A DNA stretch of 50,422 nucleotides, taken from the IMG/VR virus record IMGVR_UViG_3300005254_000006, positions 1 to 50,422 of that record, one strand, 5' to 3'. Both the position numbers and the translations under genes were made by a program. The notes beneath the pieces are model-generated. The model did no database searches, was not told where the DNA came from, and worked only from the letters and a program-made list of their open reading frames with translations. The stretch is from a virus (taxonomy: Duplodnaviria > Caudoviricetes). Below are positions 9,472 through 18,063 of the stretch, one piece after another (within the stretch, counting starts at the first letter, position 1; every line of letters starts with the position of its first letter).

Positions 9472-9498
9472 TGTCTGCGTCGAGCGGAGGAGACCGCC

Positions 9499-9747
9499 AT
9501 GGATGAGGAAGACAAGCAGGACCGTGTAGCTCGGTCTGCGGAGAAGGCTGTGGTGACGGGCACCAGCCTCATGGGCATCCTCGCAATCGTCATCGGCGTG
9601 CCGATCCTGTGGGTAGCCACGTATCTGATTGTGGGGCTGTTCGTCGATTCCATGGCTGCCGCGGTGGCTGTGGCGAGCATCATCGCAGTGGTGGTGGGCG
9701 CACTGTTCGTGTGGCTGCTGGTCGCGACGATCAGACTCGGACGCTAG
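9499..9747 (+). CDS. Small 2-TM membrane protein (moron-like)
   Basis: Own promoter and SD; opposite strand to its neighbours; two hydrophobic helices. Confidence 0.7.
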   Translation: MDEEDKQDRVARSAEKAVVTGTSLMGILAIVIGVPILWVATYLIVGLFVDSMAAAVAVASIIAVVVGALFVWLLVATIRLGR

Positions 9748-9855
9748 GGAGGCGCAGAAGCCTGCCAGCCCGAAGGCTGACAGGCTCCTTACGGCCGGCG
9801 GAGAGTGGACCGGCCTCACGCGCCGGGTGCGACGCTCCCGGCAGGCTCGTTTCTC

Positions 9856-10215
9856 TCAGGTCGGCCTGTCCGGGCTCGTGTAGGTATCGACCGCGGCCAG
9901 TATGCCGATGGCCAGCACCTCGACCGACGCAGCGATGGCGGCCCAGGTCGCTGGGACGATCTCGGCGAACCCCGAGGCGACGGTGGCGACGGCGATCACC
10001 ACGCCACCCCAGAACTCAGTGGTCGTCCACGGCTTCTTGAGCTTCTTGCCGGCCTTGTCCCAGACGCGGCCGATGCCGTAGAAGAGCGTCACCAGGAAGC
10101 CGACCGCGACGGCCGCCTCCGGAGGCAGAGCCGACACGATCGAACTGAGGAAGACGGCCAGGAGCGTCACGATGGCCAGCGCCAGCTGTACCTTCTTGAC
10201 TGCGCTCGTGCTCAT
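9856..10215 (-). CDS. Holin-like multi-TM membrane protein
   Basis: GGGAGGTG SD; about 4 hydrophobic segments; KPWTTTEFW motif. Confidence 0.6.
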   Translation of the reverse strand: MSTSAVKKVQLALAIVTLLAVFLSSIVSALPPEAAVAVGFLVTLFYGIGRVWDKAGKKLKKPWTTTEFWGGVVIAVATVASGFAEIVPATWAAIAASVEVLAIGILAAVDTYTSPDRPT

Positions 10216-10928
10216 TTCACCTCCCTTCGCTTGTCGAGTGTCAGGAATCTCGAAGCGGCCCACTCAAGGACTCGTTGACATGCGTCCTCGCCCAGCGGCT
10301 GGAGCGCGTGCTGCAGTGCGTCGATGGCAGCGACCTCGTCGTCGATGATCTCGACGGCGTAGGTTTCGCTCGGGATGCCGGCGAACGGCACCGGCCTGTC
10401 GGGCGGGCCGGAGATGTCGTACCAGCCGCCGGCCTGCTCGAACGAGGCGGCCTCGGGTTCTGGGAGCGCCTCTGCCGCGCTCTCCGCCTCGGAGGCATCG
10501 TCACCGTCGGCGGGCGTCTCATCGTCGGAGGGCGGCTGTGGGGAAGAGGGCGACGTCTTTCCGTCCCCGGTCTCTGCTACCGTCTCGGCACTCACGAGCC
10601 GAGCGCCGCCCTGGCGCCGGGTCTCTATGTGCTCCCCTCCGTCCCGCAGGTACTTGAGGGTGCTGTTCCACGTCCCCTTGGGGATGTCATCGGGTCGGTC
10701 GACCCAGCCGCCGCCGGCATCGACCAGCATCCGCAGGATGCGCTCTCTGGCGCTCATCTTCTGTCTCTCCTTCATCTGGCATGGGTTGCAGAGAGGCCCG
10801 GGGTTGGTCCGGCGAAGGCGCGTGCTGCACCCCTCCGCGGCGCAGATCCGGCCAGGCCCGTAGTCCTTCGGCGCACGGCCCGACTCGTAGGGGATGAGGC
10901 TGACGTTGTCGCGATGAAGGCTGACCAT
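10212..10928 (-). CDS. Hypothetical protein (N-terminal Cys4 finger, HTH-like centre)
   Basis: GRICAAEGC...LCNPC followed by a helical region. Confidence 0.6.
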   Translation of the reverse strand: MVSLHRDNVSLIPYESGRAPKDYGPGRICAAEGCSTRLRRTNPGPLCNPCQMKERQKMSARERILRMLVDAGGGWVDRPDDIPKGTWNSTLKYLRDGGEHIETRRQGGARLVSAETVAETGDGKTSPSSPQPPSDDETPADGDDASEAESAAEALPEPEAASFEQAGGWYDISGPPDRPVPFAGIPSETYAVEIIDDEVAAIDALQHALQPLGEDACQRVLEWAASRFLTLDKRREVK

Positions 10929-11026
10929 CAGTGCCTCTGCCTCAACCACGTCACGAGGCACCACAGCCCGAGCCCGCCAGCCGCGGAGAGGAGGGCGATG
11001 GCGAGGATCTGCTCGAGGAGAGTCAC
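10928..11026 (-). CDS. Small single-TM peptide
   Basis: GTGA/TGATG overlaps; hydrophobic 32 aa. Confidence 0.45.
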   Translation of the reverse strand: MTLLEQILAIALLSAAGGLGLWCLVTWLRQRH

Positions 11027-11421
11027 TCGTCGCCCCCGCCCATCGCGACTACCCAGATGTGACCGCAGCGGCGGCACTGGAGGTACCACCAGCTCGCCTG
11101 TCCTTCGAGGACGATCTCCGCCGGGCCGAACGGCTCGGACGTGCCGCACTTCGGGCAGTGACGCCGTGGGCCGACCTCGGTCATCCCTGCGGGCTGCCCG
11201 CCTGCCCGCCCCGCGGGAGCCTCGCGCTCGCCGCGCCCCTCCTGCTCCACCTTGACGGCATGGCAGGAACGATTCCGAATCTCGTCCACGCCGCAGGAGC
11301 GGCGGTAGCGGTCTTCCATGGTCGGCTTCGGCGTCGGCTTGCCCGCCATCCGACAGAGACACCAGGCCCAGATCACGCCAACGACCGCGACAGGGACGGC
11401 GATGATGAGGGCCAGGGCCAC
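11023..11421 (-). CDS. Membrane-anchored zinc-ribbon protein
   Basis: N-terminal TM; CPKC...CRRCGH. Confidence 0.5.
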   Translation of the reverse strand: MALALIIAVPVAVVGVIWAWCLCRMAGKPTPKPTMEDRYRRSCGVDEIRNRSCHAVKVEQEGRGEREAPAGRAGGQPAGMTEVGPRRHCPKCGTSEPFGPAEIVLEGQASWWYLQCRRCGHIWVVAMGGGDE

Positions 11422-11424
11422 GTC

Positions 11425-11643
11425 CTACCTCCGGTTCCGCTTCCGCGACGCCCGGGCGATGCGACGTCGGGTCTTCTTGTTGGAGGCCGCCCTGTGTCGG
11501 CGCATCTGCTTGGGTGCCTCTTGGTGGAGTCGCTCCACGGTGTGGTCGGCGCAGAAGAGACGGCACTTGCAGTCGAAGCAACGGACCTCTGCCGGCATTG
11601 GACAGGTGAGGGGGCGCTCTGCGGACTTGGGATCGTCGTTCAC
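11425..11643 (-). CDS. Small Cys-rich basic protein
   Basis: C...CFDC...FCADH; Arg/Lys tail. Confidence 0.5.
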   Translation of the reverse strand: MNDDPKSAERPLTCPMPAEVRCFDCKCRLFCADHTVERLHQEAPKQMRRHRAASNKKTRRRIARASRKRNRR

Positions 11644-11831
11644 GTCAGCCGTCCCCTTCGTCCGCGGCGGGCCTTCCGCTTCTCCCCAAGGCACCCCGGC
11701 TTGTGCTCGCACTCGACCGGGCCGTTCCAACCCCTCCGAGTGATGCGGGCCATACAGCTCGGGCAGAAGCCCACCGTGTAGGTGGCATCCGGCGAGCTGA
11801 CTCGGGGAGCGGTTTGACTGTCATCTCTCAT
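11640..11831 (-). CDS. Small Cys-rich protein
   Basis: CPSC...CEHKPGC. Confidence 0.45.
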   Translation of the reverse strand: MRDDSQTAPRVSSPDATYTVGFCPSCMARITRRGWNGPVECEHKPGCLGEKRKARRGRRGRLT

Positions 11832-12075
11832 GACACCCCTGCCGCCCGCGCCGTGCCCTCTCGCGCTTGCCGTTGTGGCGCTGGCTCCTCCAGCCGTGCA
11901 ACTCAGGGACGGGCCGGTGCGGTGCCTGACGCTCTGTCCGGCGTTCGTCGAGTTCACGGACGCGGCGGACGTACCGGCGACCCCGGGGGTGGATCTTCGC
12001 GAGCGGGGGCCGGCCGGCGTCCTCGTCCCAGAGGCGGACAAGACGACGGCCCTGCTTGGCGCGGCGCCCGCTCAT
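11821..12075 (-). CDS. Hypothetical basic protein
   Basis: ATGA overlap with the upstream gene. Confidence 0.4.
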   Translation of the reverse strand: MSGRRAKQGRRLVRLWDEDAGRPPLAKIHPRGRRYVRRVRELDERRTERQAPHRPVPELHGWRSQRHNGKRERARRGRQGCHER

Positions 12076-12431
12076 GGCGCCACGTCCACGTACTCGAACT
12101 CGATACGGTTGACGGTCACGTCGGGATCGCAGCGGTTCGCGTGACAGAACATGGCAATGAAGTCCTCGACGCTCATGTCGGGGAAGCCCTCCCGGACGCA
12201 CTCCTCGCGGACATAGAAGCGCATGATGTGCAGTGGCTCGGCCTTCACGTGCACGACCCGGATCGGTCCACCGATCCTCTTGACGCGCTCGCCCTTCTTG
12301 AGCCCCTGCGCCTTCTCGACCGGCTGCAGGAGCGTGCCGGGTTCCAGGTCCCACCACGCGAGTCGGCGGGTGACGGTCTTCTCGCGGCGGCGCACCGCCT
12401 CGGTCGACATGCTGAAGGAGATGTTTCTCAT
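12072..12431 (-). CDS. ASCH/PUA-like domain protein
   Basis: ISF......R.KTVTRR..W..L.PG, EGFP, F...F, V.RIEF. Confidence 0.7.
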   Translation of the reverse strand: MRNISFSMSTEAVRRREKTVTRRLAWWDLEPGTLLQPVEKAQGLKKGERVKRIGGPIRVVHVKAEPLHIMRFYVREECVREGFPDMSVEDFIAMFCHANRCDPDVTVNRIEFEYVDVAP

Positions 12432-12443
12432 GGCCGCCCCCGC

Positions 12444-13277
12444 TCAGTACGCCGTCAGGCTCCACGCCGGCAGCCAGCCGCCTTGAGCGATGACCGCCCG
12501 TTTGGCGCGGTTGATGTTGTGGACGGGGTTGAGGGGGTTCCACCCTTGGCCCTGCCACCAGAACGGCATGAACTGGAACAGACCGGCGGCGCCACTCGAG
12601 GAGTTCACACAGCGGGGGTTGCCATTCGACTCGCGCCGGATCACCTTGACCGCCATGGCGAGCTGTGACTTCGGGAAGCCCTGATGCTTGAGCAGCGGCA
12701 GCCAGGCCCTCGCGCCCTTGTGTCGCCAGTCGGGGTAGCGCATCTTCCGCCACGTCGCCTTCACGTACCGCCGCAGCGCCAGGGTGCGCTTCCGGTAGAC
12801 GTAGGCCCAGGCCTCGAAGTCGTACTCGCCGCAGTTGTGGTCGTAGGGCAGGTAGCAGTCGGTGATCGGTGCCAGCAGCCGCTTGGGCACCTTGGTGCCG
12901 AGCATCCTGGCGTGCGCCTTGGCGTGCCGGCGGGCCTTCTTCATGCGCTTCTCCCAGGTGTTCATCAGCGGCTCGTAGTCGCGGTAGGGGCGGTAGGGCC
13001 GCAGGAACGCCTTGAGCGCGTTGGTGAGGCGGGCCGAGGTCGGGATGCCGTCGAGGCGGTTGGAGAGACGCCAGGCGGTCGCCCGGGCGGCGAAGCCCCA
13101 CGAGTTCCGGTAGTTGAGTCGTGGGTGGATGGTGACCGGCTGCTCGAGCTGCTCGTTGGCTGCCACCATGGCCTGCTTCCAGTCGCCAAGCGGAGCCGCG
13201 TCTGCCTCTGAGGTCGCGGCAGCAGCCGCCACCAGCATCACCAGGATGGTGAGGCCGATCAGGATGGCGTGTCGCAT
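12444..13277 (-). CDS. Secreted lytic transglycosylase (SLT domain)
   Basis: Signal-peptide-like N-terminus; IRRESNGNP...SGAAGLFQFMP...N. Confidence 0.85.
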   Translation of the reverse strand: MRHAILIGLTILVMLVAAAAATSEADAAPLGDWKQAMVAANEQLEQPVTIHPRLNYRNSWGFAARATAWRLSNRLDGIPTSARLTNALKAFLRPYRPYRDYEPLMNTWEKRMKKARRHAKAHARMLGTKVPKRLLAPITDCYLPYDHNCGEYDFEAWAYVYRKRTLALRRYVKATWRKMRYPDWRHKGARAWLPLLKHQGFPKSQLAMAVKVIRRESNGNPRCVNSSSGAAGLFQFMPFWWQGQGWNPLNPVHNINRAKRAVIAQGGWLPAWSLTAY

Positions 13278-13554
13278 GTCTTCCTCTCGTCGCTTGCGGG
13301 CCGGGGCGACGGCCACGGGAGAACCGTCGCCCCGGCGGGGGATGGGAATCCCGACAGAGAGGATGGCAATGGCTTGTGTCAGCGAATGGTCGGATGCACT
13401 CTCTGGGCCTCGCCGTCTGCGATCAGGGCGAGAGGGCCGAAGGGGGACGATCGACCGACAGGCAAGAGCTCCTGGGAGTTCGCGGTCCTAGAATGCGTCA
13501 CCGGCCTAGAGTACGATAGCTACCGTTGGGGTCGAGTCGTTCTAGGAGGGGGTC

Positions 13555-14481
13555 ATGTCTCGTCTTCTCACTACTCTGGTGATCGTTGTTCTGTTCTGCG
13601 CGGGAGCTGTGGCATGTGGGTCGCAGGACACCACGGACTCCGAGACCACCGAAGCGTCTGTAGACGATTCGCTGGTTGGGGCGTGGGTCGAGCCCGAACC
13701 AGGCGAGGACTTCACCGCTGAGTGCATTCTCGTCGAGGAGAAGAGCGATGGCACCTATCGTGTCGCCTGGAACCACGGGCTGTACACGACATCCGAGGGC
13801 GACTCCATCGAGCTGGGAGACGATGTGCTCATCTTCGAGTCGGCGGGGGAAGGCACGTACACGTCCAACGAATACAACTACGAGTACACCTTCACTGTGT
13901 CGGGGGACTCGCTCGCTACCGTGGTGATTGATGACGAAGGCGAAGAGTCGACCAGAGACTTCGAGCGCAGCGACAAGGCGACTGTCGATGCCCTGCTCGA
14001 AGAACAAGAGATGCTTCTTGCCGAGAGCGGCGAGCCGTCGCTCGACGACGAGGATGAGTACGATGAGCCGACCGGCGTCGACAGCTACCCCGACCTCTCG
14101 AAGGCCGAGTACAAGAAGAAGTGCCGCAACATCAAGTACAAGGTGCTCGAGCGGGATGCCGACCGTCTTGCCGGTCGCCTCTACCACTTCAAGGGAGAGG
14201 TCTTCCAGGCTGGGGATGCGGGTGAAGGCAGCTACTACAGCGACTTCGGCGAGTACGGCGACCTCTATCCGCAGACGCAGATCCTCCTGGCCGTTACTGC
14301 GGACGAGTGGGGCTACTACGACGACAACGTGATGATCCTCTACGACAAGGGCACGAACATCTACGAGGAAGACATGATGGAGGCATGGGGTGAGTGCCTC
14401 GGAAGCTACACCTACGAGTCAACTGCCGGCTACACGATCACCGTGCCGCTCATCTGGGCGAAGTACGTGCAGAAGCGCTAG
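13555..14481 (+). CDS. Acidic lipoprotein
   Basis: Hydrophobic signal with AVAC lipobox; GGAGG SD; TAGAAT -10 at 13489; C-terminal YKVLERDAD...GEVFQ...G...G.YTYES OB-like domain. Confidence 0.8.
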   Translation: MSRLLTTLVIVVLFCAGAVACGSQDTTDSETTEASVDDSLVGAWVEPEPGEDFTAECILVEEKSDGTYRVAWNHGLYTTSEGDSIELGDDVLIFESAGEGTYTSNEYNYEYTFTVSGDSLATVVIDDEGEESTRDFERSDKATVDALLEEQEMLLAESGEPSLDDEDEYDEPTGVDSYPDLSKAEYKKKCRNIKYKVLERDADRLAGRLYHFKGEVFQAGDAGEGSYYSDFGEYGDLYPQTQILLAVTADEWGYYDDNVMILYDKGTNIYEEDMMEAWGECLGSYTYESTAGYTITVPLIWAKYVQKR

Positions 14482-14513
14482 GCCGGCTCTCGGGGCTCAG
14501 TCCACGTCCAGCG

Positions 14514-17312
14514 TTAGCGCCTCGTGCTGATTGGCCCTTCGCAGCGTGCTTCGTCCAGGTTCATCTCGAGTAGCCGACCGAGAGTCTCCTCATCCTCAAG
14601 GGGATACGGCCAGTCGTAGGCTGCATGCACAGCGCGATCGAGTCGCTCGCTTGCGTGCTGCAGCCAAGACGGCGGCTGATTGTAGAGGTTCGTCAGCGTG
14701 CGTCGCTTGAGCTCGTCCGCGCTCGCCCCGGCAGGGTTGAGCCAGCCGTTGCGTAGTCGGTCAACTTCGCGGGCGGCCGCCGCTACCTCCTCGTGCGCCT
14801 CGGCGCCCACATCCTGAGGGAAGGGGAACGTCTCGAACGTGCTGGTCGGCGTGTAGCGGAAGCCGCTCTCGACCTCGCGCACTTGGGTTCCGAGTCCGCG
14901 TGCCCACAGCTCATGCACGCGCGACTGCAGCATGCCGAAGAAGTAGTCGTCATCGTGGGCAAACACTATGAGCGCGCTGTCTGGAAGGGTGTCGCGCGAC
15001 AGCCACACGAAGATGCGGTGCTTGGTATGCCGCACTGTCGCCACATAGCGGCGCACGTCTGATAGCGCCTGGCGCATCGCAGGGCGTGCCTCGACGTGCA
15101 ACCACCATCGCTCAGCATAGGCGGCGCGACGGTTCTTCGAGCGTGCAGGCATGACGTGCGCCTTCACGTACTCAAAGGGCGCTTCGTACAGCGCCGCCTC
15201 TTCCATGGGCATCGATGTGCCGAAGTCGATGATCCACATGTCCCGCGGCCGTCGCGTGATGTCAAGCCCATTGACCCAGGGTCTGACCACGTCGCGATTG
15301 GTGCGCCCGTCCGGGTTCGGCGCGTCGAGCATCGGCAGCGCGACATCGGCGGGTATGTCGAACGCGCCGCCCTTGGTGTCACCCATGAAGGCGATGTCGC
15401 GGTTCTCGGGCAGTCGTCGTGCCTGGGTGAGGTCGATGCCGGCGGTGAGGTTGGCGTTGATGCTCGCGACAGATGTGCCGTCGAGCTCCCGCTCTTGTTC
15501 GGAGCCGTCGTCGTAGCCGATCAGTGACACGTGGACAGCGGCGCCTTCCACGACCCACGGTTCATCGTCCCAGGCAAGGAAGATGTCGCCGCTCTCCTTG
15601 ATGCGCTCGAGGATCCGGCGGTTGGCTCCTCCGCGGATTCCCTGGGTGGCCAGCAGCCCGACGCGCTCGACCTTGCCCTCAGCGACCATCGCTCGTGCCT
15701 TCTCATGCCAGTAGCAGACGAAGTCGGCCTCCCGCGGCACGCGGCCGCCGTAGACCGCGAAGAGGGCGTCGACGTACTCGTCTCCGAGGCTGGCCCGCAG
15801 GAGCTTGCCGCCGATGAACGGTGGGTTGCCGATGATGACGGTCGCCTCCGGCCACTCCGGCTCGCGCGGGTTCTCCGGGTCGCTCAGGTCGAGCACCGCG
15901 TCGCGCTGCGCGATGTTGTGCAGCGGGCGCAGGATCGGGTCGCGCAGATAGGCGAAGCCGTTGGCGAGCATCCATTGGATCTCGCCGATCCAGATGACCA
16001 CCCGGGCCAGCTCGGCCGCGTAGGAGTTGAGCTCGATGCCGAGCAGGTTCTGTGGCCCGACGGCCGGGAACTGCATCGGCGTCTTGAGCGTCAGCGAGGC
16101 CCAGAGGATCGCTTCACGCTCGAAGTCCTTGAGGGCTTGGAGGGCGACGTAGAGGAAGTTGCCCGAGCCACAGGCCGGGTCGAGCACGCGGACGGAGCGG
16201 AGACGATCGAGGAAGGCGTCGAAGACGGCCACCGGGTTCTTGTCGGCTGGCGTTCGCGCCGTGATCTTCCTGCCCTGTGCGAGCAGCGCTTCGATGCGCT
16301 GTTTGGTCTCCTCGAGGTCGCGTCGCAGTGGTCGCATGAGCACCGGCTCGATCAGGCGCATGATCGAGCCTCGGTCGGTGTAGTGGGCGCCGAGCTGTGA
16401 GCGCTTGCTGGGGTCGAGGCCGCGCTCGAAGAGGGTGCCGAAGATGGCCGGCTCGACCTGTGACCAATCGAGTTGCGAGACGCGGTCGATCGTCTTGACC
16501 TCCTCGGCGGTCAGCGAGAGCACCTCGCCGCCGTCGAAGAGGCCACCGTTGAACCACTGGATGCGCTCGGCGCCGAAGAGGCCGCCCTCATGCGACATCT
16601 TGGCGAACAGCGCGCTGAGCCCGTCGGTGAAGACCCCCGGCTGCTGCGAGGCTGCCCCGGCCAGACGGTGCAGCATGTCGGTGGGCAGCAGACGGGCGTC
16701 CTCTGCGAACATGCAGAAGAGGAGCTTGTTGAGGAAGTGGGCGACGGCGTGGGGCTCGTTGTCGCGGCTGCGGAGCTGTTCAGCGAGATGAGCGAAGCGC
16801 TCGGCCGCCTCAGCCGTCAGTTCGTCTCTCGTCTTGCCCGGCCGCAGCTGCTCTGGGTCCTCCATGACCGCGCGCAGCAGACGCAGTGGTTCTGCCGGCT
16901 TGGCGAGGAGATCGTCGAGCGCGAAGTCATGGACGACCGTCGGTGTGTTGGTGAAGTTGGTGTGGATCTCGAAGCGGTCGAGGTCGCAGACGACCAGCAG
17001 GGGCGGGTTCTCCAGCGCCTCCCGGTACTGGAGGAGCTGTTGATAGGCGGCGCCGAGGCCCTTGCGCTTGCCCTTGTACTCCCAGGCGAAGCACCCGCGC
17101 TTCCAGACGTCGGCGAAGCCGTCACCGCCGCCGGTCTTTTCGGCCCCCTTCTCGAAGGCGTACTCGTCTCCGGTCGGGTCGGCCTCGTTCGGGGTCGGCA
17201 CGCCCAGCATCCGACAGATGTCGATGAAGTGCTCCTGGGCGGCGGCGCGCTCAGTGCGTGTGCTGCCAGCCCACTTCGTGGCGAACTCAGCCGGCGTCAG
17301 TCCCTGGGGCAC
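14514..17312 (-). CDS. MmeI-like type IIL/IIG restriction-modification enzyme (nuclease + m6A MTase + TRD)
   Basis: N-terminal AD...EYK nuclease motif; GAHYT; LDPACGSGNFL; IGNPPF; C-terminal FRYTP..TFETFPFP. Confidence 0.9.
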   Translation of the reverse strand: MPQGLTPAEFATKWAGSTRTERAAAQEHFIDICRMLGVPTPNEADPTGDEYAFEKGAEKTGGGDGFADVWKRGCFAWEYKGKRKGLGAAYQQLLQYREALENPPLLVVCDLDRFEIHTNFTNTPTVVHDFALDDLLAKPAEPLRLLRAVMEDPEQLRPGKTRDELTAEAAERFAHLAEQLRSRDNEPHAVAHFLNKLLFCMFAEDARLLPTDMLHRLAGAASQQPGVFTDGLSALFAKMSHEGGLFGAERIQWFNGGLFDGGEVLSLTAEEVKTIDRVSQLDWSQVEPAIFGTLFERGLDPSKRSQLGAHYTDRGSIMRLIEPVLMRPLRRDLEETKQRIEALLAQGRKITARTPADKNPVAVFDAFLDRLRSVRVLDPACGSGNFLYVALQALKDFEREAILWASLTLKTPMQFPAVGPQNLLGIELNSYAAELARVVIWIGEIQWMLANGFAYLRDPILRPLHNIAQRDAVLDLSDPENPREPEWPEATVIIGNPPFIGGKLLRASLGDEYVDALFAVYGGRVPREADFVCYWHEKARAMVAEGKVERVGLLATQGIRGGANRRILERIKESGDIFLAWDDEPWVVEGAAVHVSLIGYDDGSEQERELDGTSVASINANLTAGIDLTQARRLPENRDIAFMGDTKGGAFDIPADVALPMLDAPNPDGRTNRDVVRPWVNGLDITRRPRDMWIIDFGTSMPMEEAALYEAPFEYVKAHVMPARSKNRRAAYAERWWLHVEARPAMRQALSDVRRYVATVRHTKHRIFVWLSRDTLPDSALIVFAHDDDYFFGMLQSRVHELWARGLGTQVREVESGFRYTPTSTFETFPFPQDVGAEAHEEVAAAAREVDRLRNGWLNPAGASADELKRRTLTNLYNQPPSWLQHASERLDRAVHAAYDWPYPLEDEETLGRLLEMNLDEARCEGPISTRR

Positions 17313-17460
17313 GGTTCTCTGTGGTCCGATGGGCGGGGGAAGGTGGCGATGACGGAGAGGGCTGGGTCGAGGCAGACGAAATCCACGGACTCGTCCAAGA
17401 TCTCGTTCCGGAGGAACTCGAGGTTGTTGCCGTAGCAGAGGGTGTTCTCAGCCATCACGC

Positions 17461-17907
17461 TCAGTTGAAGGGAACGAATCGTGCCTCAGGCTTGGGCGGA
17501 GGCGGTGCCACCGTGGTCTTGAACTCGCCGGGCTGACCAGATGCGTCACTCCATGTGAGGCTGAGTTCCATCGGGTCCTCCGTTGCCCAGTCCACGTGAT
17601 ACTGGTAGGTGCTTCCGGGTCCGAGTGCCCCGCGAATCTCCGTCTGCTCGATTGCCTTGAAGAACGGATGGTGCAAGGCCGACGCTCCGCCAATGAACGT
17701 ATGGATGTGCCTGGCAGGTGCAGGACCCTGGTTCTTAATGATGATCGCATCGAGACCTTTGTGGGGGCTCGCTTTCCAGTCGAGCCAAGCTCGCAGGACG
17801 GCCTTCTTGGTCGCCGCCGCGGCCTTGCGGTCTTGATGGATGTTCCACCAGACATTCGCGCCGCCTACTAGCAGAGCGATGCCGGATACGAGTAGAGCCC
17901 AATCCAC
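17461..17907 (-). CDS. Membrane-anchored hypothetical protein
   Basis: N-terminal TM then I.N.GP.PA beta domain; TAGCCT -10 seven nt before the GTG (leaderless-like). Confidence 0.65.
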   Translation of the reverse strand: MDWALLVSGIALLVGGANVWWNIHQDRKAAAATKKAVLRAWLDWKASPHKGLDAIIIKNQGPAPARHIHTFIGGASALHHPFFKAIEQTEIRGALGPGSTYQYHVDWATEDPMELSLTWSDASGQPGEFKTTVAPPPPKPEARFVPFN

Positions 17908-17978
17908 GGCAGGGAGGCTACCAGCATCGTCGGATGGTGGAAAGGGCAGGCCGCCTCTCGCGTCCGCAGCCAGCGTCG

Positions 17979-18006
17979 ATGACTGCCCGACAACTGGGCA
18001 TAGAAT
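17979..18006 (+). promoter_or_regulatory. Promoter with palindromic spacer (operator candidate)
   Basis: ATGACT-N16-TAGAAT; TGCCC-N7-GGGCA inverted repeat at 17984-18000. Confidence 0.5.
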
Positions 18007-18063
18007 GGGCTCCACCCGGGTCACGACTTCCGGTGGTGGCCATGGCGAGCACAGGAGGACCGG

